A stretch of 64,000 bases of DNA from Auanema rhodensis (taxonomy: Eukaryota; Animalia; Nematoda). This document shows positions 58,600 through 64,000 of the stretch, one piece after another. Every line of letters begins with the position of its first letter. Position 1 is the first letter of the stretch. The notes under the pieces are model-generated. The model had not been told where the DNA came from. It ran no database searches and saw only the letters and a list, made by a program, of their open reading frames with translations. The stretch is from assembly GCA_964057225.1 (NCBI GenBank), contig OZ059898.1:248001-312000 (forward strand). Reading direction: 5' to 3'. The position numbers were made by a program, and so were the translations under genes.

Positions 58600-61500
58600 T
58601 GAAAACCGCATCTCTTTATCTTTCACGTGAAGCGAGTTACATACCAAGTGCACATCACGTGTACATTTAATTAGCATAAATTAAAGTTCACGTAAATTTC
58701 AAAGTCATGGTTACCATGCACCAATATCAATAAAAATTTGTTTTTAGACTAATATGGACATGGGGAATCTAATTTTGAAAACCGCATCTCTTTATCTTTC
58801 ACGTGAAGCGAGTTACATACCAAGGGCACATCACGTGTACATTTAATTAGCATAAATTAAAGTTCACGTAAATTTCAAAGTCATGGTTACCATGCACCAA
58901 TATCAATAAAAATTTGTTTTTAGACTAATATGGACATGGGGAATCTAATTTTGAAAACCGCATCTCTTTATCTTTCACGTGAAGCGAGTTACATACCAAG
59001 TGCACATCACGTGTACATTTAATTAGCATAAATTAAAGTTCACGTAAATTTCAAAGTCATGGTTACCATGAACCAATATCAATAAAAATTTGTTTTTAGA
59101 CTAATATGGACATGGGGAATCTAATTTTGAAAACCGCATCTCTTTATCTTTCACGTGAAGCGAGTTACATACCAAGTGCACATCACGTGTACATTTAATT
59201 AGCATAAATTAAAGTTCACGTAAATTTCAAAGTCATGGTTACCATGCACCAATATCAATAAAAATTTGTTTTTAGACTAATATGGACATAGGAAATCTAA
59301 TTTTGAAAACCGCATCTCTTCATCTTTCACGTGAAGCGAGTTACATACCAAGTGCACATCACGTGTACATTTAATTAGCATAAATTGAAGTTCACGTAAA
59401 TTTCAAAGTCATGGTTACCATGAACCAATATCAATAAAAATTTGTTTTTAGACTAATATGGACATGGGGAATCTAATTTTGAAAACCGCATCTCTTTATC
59501 TTTCACGTGAAGCGAGTTACATACCAAGTGCACATCACGTGTACATTTAATTAGCATAAATTAAAGTTCACGTAAATTTCAAAGTCATGGTTACCATGAA
59601 CCAATATCAATAAAAATTTGTTTTTAGACTAATATGGACATGGGGAATCTAATTTTGAAAACCGCATCTCTTTATCTTTCACGTGAAGCGAGTTACATAC
59701 TAAGTGCACATCACGTGTACATTTAATTAGCATAAATTAAAGTTCACGTAAATTTCAAAGTCATGGTTACCATGCACCAATATCAATAAAAATTTGTTTT
59801 TAGACTAATATGGACATGGGGAATCTAATTTTGAAAACCGCATCTCTTTATCTTTCACGTGAAGCGAGTTACATACCAAGTGCACATCACGTGTACATTT
59901 AATTAGCATAAATTAAAGTTCACGTAAATTTCAAAGTCATGGTTACCATGCACCAATATCAATAAAAATTTGTTTTTAGACTAATATGGACATGGGGAAT
60001 CTAATTTTGAAAACCGCATCTCTTTATCTTTCACGTGAAGCGAGTTACATACCAAGTGCACATCACGTGTACATTTAATTAGCATAAATTAAAGTTCACG
60101 TAAATTTCAAAGTCATGGTTACCATGAACCAATATCAATAAAAATTTGTTTTTAGACTAATATGGACATGGGGAATCTAATTTTGAAAACCGCATCTCTT
60201 TATCTTTCACGTGAAGCGAGTTACATACCAAGTGCACATCACGTGTACATTTAATTAGCATAAATTAAAGTTCACGTAAATTTCAAAGTCATGGTTACCA
60301 TGCACCAATATCAATAAAAATTTGTTTTTAGACTAATATGGACATGGGGAATCTAATTTTGAAAACCGCATCTCTTTATCTTTCACGTGAAGCGAGTTAC
60401 ATACCAAGTGCACATCACGTGTACATTTAATTAGCATAAATTAAAGTTCACGTAAATTTCAAAGTCATGGTTACCATGCACCAATATCAATAAAAATTTG
60501 TTTTTAGACTAATATGGACATGGGGAATCTAATTTTGAAAACCGCATCTCTTTATCTTTCACGTGAAGCGAGTTACATACCAAGTGCACATCACGTGTAC
60601 ATTTAATTAGCATAAATTAAAGTTCACGTAAATTTCAAAGTCATGGTTACCATGCACCAATATCAATAAAAATTTGTTTTTAGACTAATATGGACATGGG
60701 GAATCTAATTTTGAAAACCGCATCTCTTTATCTTTCACGTGAAGCGAGTTACATACCAAGGGCACATCCCGTGTACATTTAATTAGCATAAATTAAAGTT
60801 CACGTAAATTTCAAAGTCATGGTTACCATGCACCAATATCAATAAAAATTTGTTTTTAGACTAATATGGACATGGGGAATCTAATTTTGAAAACCGCATC
60901 TCTTTATCTTTCACGTGAAGCGAGTTACATACCAAGTGCACATCACGTGTACATTTAATTAGCATAAATTAAAGTTCACGTAAATTTCAAAGTCATGGTT
61001 ACCATGAACCAATATCAATAAAAATTTGTTTTTAGACTAATATGGACATGGGGAATCTAATTTTGAAAACCGCATCTCTTTATCTTTCACGTGAAGCGAG
61101 TTACATACCAAGTGCACATCACGTGTACATTTAATTAGCATAAATTAAAGTTCACGTAAATTTCAAAGTCATGGTTACCATGCACCAATATCAATAAAAA
61201 TTTGTTTTTAGACTAATATGGACATAGGAAATCTAATTTTGAAAACCGCATCTCTTCATCTTTCACGTGAAGCGAGTTACATACCAAGTGCACATCACGT
61301 GTACATTTAATTAGCATAAATTGAAGTTCACGTAAATTTCAAAGTCATGGTTACCATGAACCAATATCAATAAAAATTTGTTTTTAGACTAATATGGACA
61401 TGGGGAATCTAATTTTGAAAACCGCATCTCTTTATCTTTCACGTGAAGCGAGTTACATACCAAGTGCACATCACGTGTACATTTAATTAGCATAAATTAA

Positions 61501-62000
61501 AGTTCACGTAAATTTCAAAGTCATGGTTACCATGAACCAATATCAATAAAAATTTGTTTTTAGACTAATATGGACATGGGGAATCTAATTTTGAAAACCG
61601 CATCTCTTTATCTTTCACGTGAAGCGAGTTACATACTAAGTGCACATCACGTGTACATTTAATTAGCATAAATTAAAGTTCACGTAAATTTCAAAGTCAT
61701 GGTTACCATGCACCAATATCAATAAAAATTTGTTTTTAGACTAATATGGACATGGGGAATCTAATTTTGAAAACCGCATCTCTTTATCTTTCACGTGAAG
61801 CGAGTTACATACCAAGTGCACATCACGTGTACATTTAATTAGCATAAATTAAAGTTCACGTAAATTTCAAAGTCATGGTTACCATGCACCAATATCAATA
61901 AAAATTTGTTTTTAGACTAATATGGACATGGGGAATCTAATTTTGAAAACCGCATCTCTTTATCTTTCACGTGAAGCGAGTTACATACCAAGTGCACATC
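58600..62000. repeat. 11-monomer (1936-bp) tandem duplication
   Basis: G152A+G155A at 59290/61226, each followed by T7C, and C35T at 59701/61637. Boundaries are approximate. Confidence 0.82.
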
Positions 62001-62657
62001 ACGTGTACATTTAATTAGCATAAATTAAAGTTCACGTAAATTTCAAAGTCATGGTTACCATGCACCAATATCAATAAAAATTTGTTTTTAGACTAATATG
62101 GACATGGGGAATCTAATTTTGAAAACCGCATCTCTTTATCTTTCACGTGAAGCGAGTTACATACCGAGTGCACATCACGTGTACATTTAATTAGCATAAA
62201 TTAAAGTTCACGTAAATTTCAAAGTCATGGTTACCATGAACCAATATCAATAAAAATTTGTTTTTAGACTAATATGGACATGGGGAATCTAATTTTGAAA
62301 ACCGCATCTCTTTATCTTTCACGTGAAGCGAGTTACATACCAAGTGCACATCACGTGTACATTTAATTAGCATAAATTAAAGTTCACGTAAATTTCAAAG
62401 TCATGGTTACCATGCACCAATATCAATAAAAATTTGTTTTTAGACTAATATGGACATGGGAATCTAATTTTGGAAACCGCATCTCTTTATCTTTCACGTG
62501 AAGCGAGTTACATACCAAGTGCACATCACGTGTACATTTAATTAGCATAAATTGAAGTTCACGTAAATTTCAAAGTCATGGTTACCATGAACCAATATCA
62601 ATAAAAATTTATTTTTAGACTAATATGGACATGGGGAATCTAATTTTGAAAACCGCA

Positions 62658-63900
62658 TCTCTTTATCTTTCACGTGAAGCGAGTTACATACCAAGTGCAC
62701 ATCACGTGTACATTTAATTAGCATAAATTAAAGTTCACGTAAATTTCAAAGTCATGGTTACCATGAACCAATATCAATAAAAATTTGTTTTTAGACTACT
62801 ATGGACATGGGGAATCTAATTTTGAAAACCGCATCTCTTTATCTTTCACGTGAAGCGAGTTACATACCAAGTGCACATCACGTGTACATTTAATTAGCAT
62901 AAATTAAAGTTCACGTAAATTTCAAAGTCATGGTTACCATGCACCAATATCAATAAAAATTTGTTTTTAGACTAATATGGACATGGGGAATCTAATTTTG
63001 AAAACCGCATCTCTTTATCTTTCACGTGAAGCGAGTTACATACCAAGTGCACATCACGTGTACATTTAATTAGCATAAATTAAAGTTCACGTAAATTTCA
63101 AAGTCATGGTTACCATGCACCAATATCAATAAAAATTTGTTTTTAGACTAATATGGACATGGGGAATCTAATTTTGAAAACCGCATCTCTTTATCTTTCA
63201 CGTGAAGCGAGTTACATACCAAGTGCACATCATGTGTACATTTAATTAGCATAAATTAAAGTTCACGTAAATTTCAAAGTCATGGTTACCATGCACCAAT
63301 ATCAATAAAAATTTGTTTTTAGACTAATATGGACATGGGGAATCTAATTTTGAAAACCGCATCTCTTTATCTTTCACGTGAAGCGAGTTACATACCAAGT
63401 GCACATCACGTGTACATTTAATTAGCATAAATTAAAGTTCACGTAAATTTCAAAGTCATGGTTACCATGAACCAATATCAATAAAAATTTGTTTTTAGAC
63501 TAATATGGACATGGGGAATCTAATTTTGAAAACCGCATCTCTTTATCTTTCACGTGAAGCGAGTTACATACCAAGTGCACATCACGTGTACATTTAATTA
63601 GCATAAATTAAAGTTCACGTAAATTTCAAAGTCATGGTTACCATGAACCAATATCAATAAAAATTTGTTTTTAGACTACTATGGACATGGGGAATCTAAT
63701 TTTGAAAACCGCATCTCTTTATCTTTCACGTGAAGCGAGTTACATACCAAGTGCACATCACGTGTACATTTAATTAGCATAAATTAAAGTTCACGTAAAT
63801 TTCAAAGTCATGGTTACCATGCACCAATATCAATAAAAATTTGTTTTTAGACTAATATGGACATGGGGAATCTAATTTTGAAAACCGCATCTCTTTATCT
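62658..63900. repeat. 5-monomer (880-bp) local duplication
   Basis: A142C (GACTACTATGG) at 62799 and 63679, both in C109A monomers. This rests on a single rare marker. Confidence 0.65.
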
Positions 63901-64000
63901 TTCACGTGAAGCGAGTTACATACCAAGTGCACATCACGTGTACATTCAATTAGCATAAATTAAAGTTCACGTAAATTTCAAAGTCATGGTTACCATGCAC

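Larger units (their letters stand above)
1..64000. repeat. Tandem satellite DNA array, 176-bp monomer, ~363.6 copies, AT-rich (~32% GC), putatively centromeric or pericentromeric
   Basis: TCTCTTTATC recurs at 1, 177, 353 and so on, and the phase is identical at 2641 (15x176). The last monomer starts at 63890 (363x176 plus a net 1-bp indel shift). No non-satellite sequence was seen and the array runs off both window ends. The satellite call is direct; the centromeric role is inferred only. Confidence 0.99.

Noticed and set aside
1-64000. CRISPR array, suggested by regular repeats with palindromes
   Set aside because: There are no unique spacers, since the entire 176 bp is repeated. No cas genes or leader are present.
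1-64000. Protein-coding repeat ORF on either strand
   Set aside because: 176 is not a multiple of 3, and each monomer has stops in all six frames (plus strand TAA/TAG at 58, 62, 72, 83; minus-strand stops from TTA/TCA at 57, 61, 71, 89). Only short ORFs of no more than about 60 codons are possible.
1-64000. Embedded transposon, inversion or unique island hidden in the array
   Set aside because: Monomer phase is accounted for across the window by seven 1-bp indels (net +1), and no reverse-orientation or foreign sequence was seen on reading through.
1-64000. Variant pattern as an information-bearing code or programmed diversification system
   Set aside because: The ordered variants are adequately explained by point mutation plus nested tandem duplication. 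There is no associated enzyme gene, template or targeted hypervariable site.

Overview
The whole 64,000-bp window is one uninterrupted head-to-tail satellite DNA array with a 176-bp monomer: 363 full copies plus a 111-bp partial copy, about 32% GC, all in one orientation. Consensus: TCTCTTTATCTTTCACGTGAAGCGAGTTACATACCAAGTGCACATCACGTGTACATTTAATTAGCATAAATTAAAGTTCACGTAAATTTCAAAGTCATGGTTACCATGCACCAATATCAATAAAAATTTGTTTTTAGACTAATATGGACATGGGGAATCTAATTTTGAAAACCGCA. Monomers usually differ from the consensus at 0-4 positions, and I found only seven 1-bp indels. I found no genes, RNA genes, transposon insertions, inversions or CRISPR spacers. Monomer length, homogeneity and array size fit a eukaryotic centromeric or pericentromeric satellite (inference), but I cannot assign the organism or family. 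Two layers of structure stand out. (1) The monomer is dense in dyad symmetries, has three TCACGT motifs spaced 32-33 bp apart, and has a 7/9 match to the CENP-B box core. (2) Shared rare variants show nested local duplications with periods of about 3, 4, 5, 6, 7, 10, 11, 14, 17, 19 and 31-33 monomers, and possibly a ~22-kb one. I found no new gene-encoded system. Variant names use monomer coordinates, with window position 1 = monomer position 1. All variant calls were read by eye.
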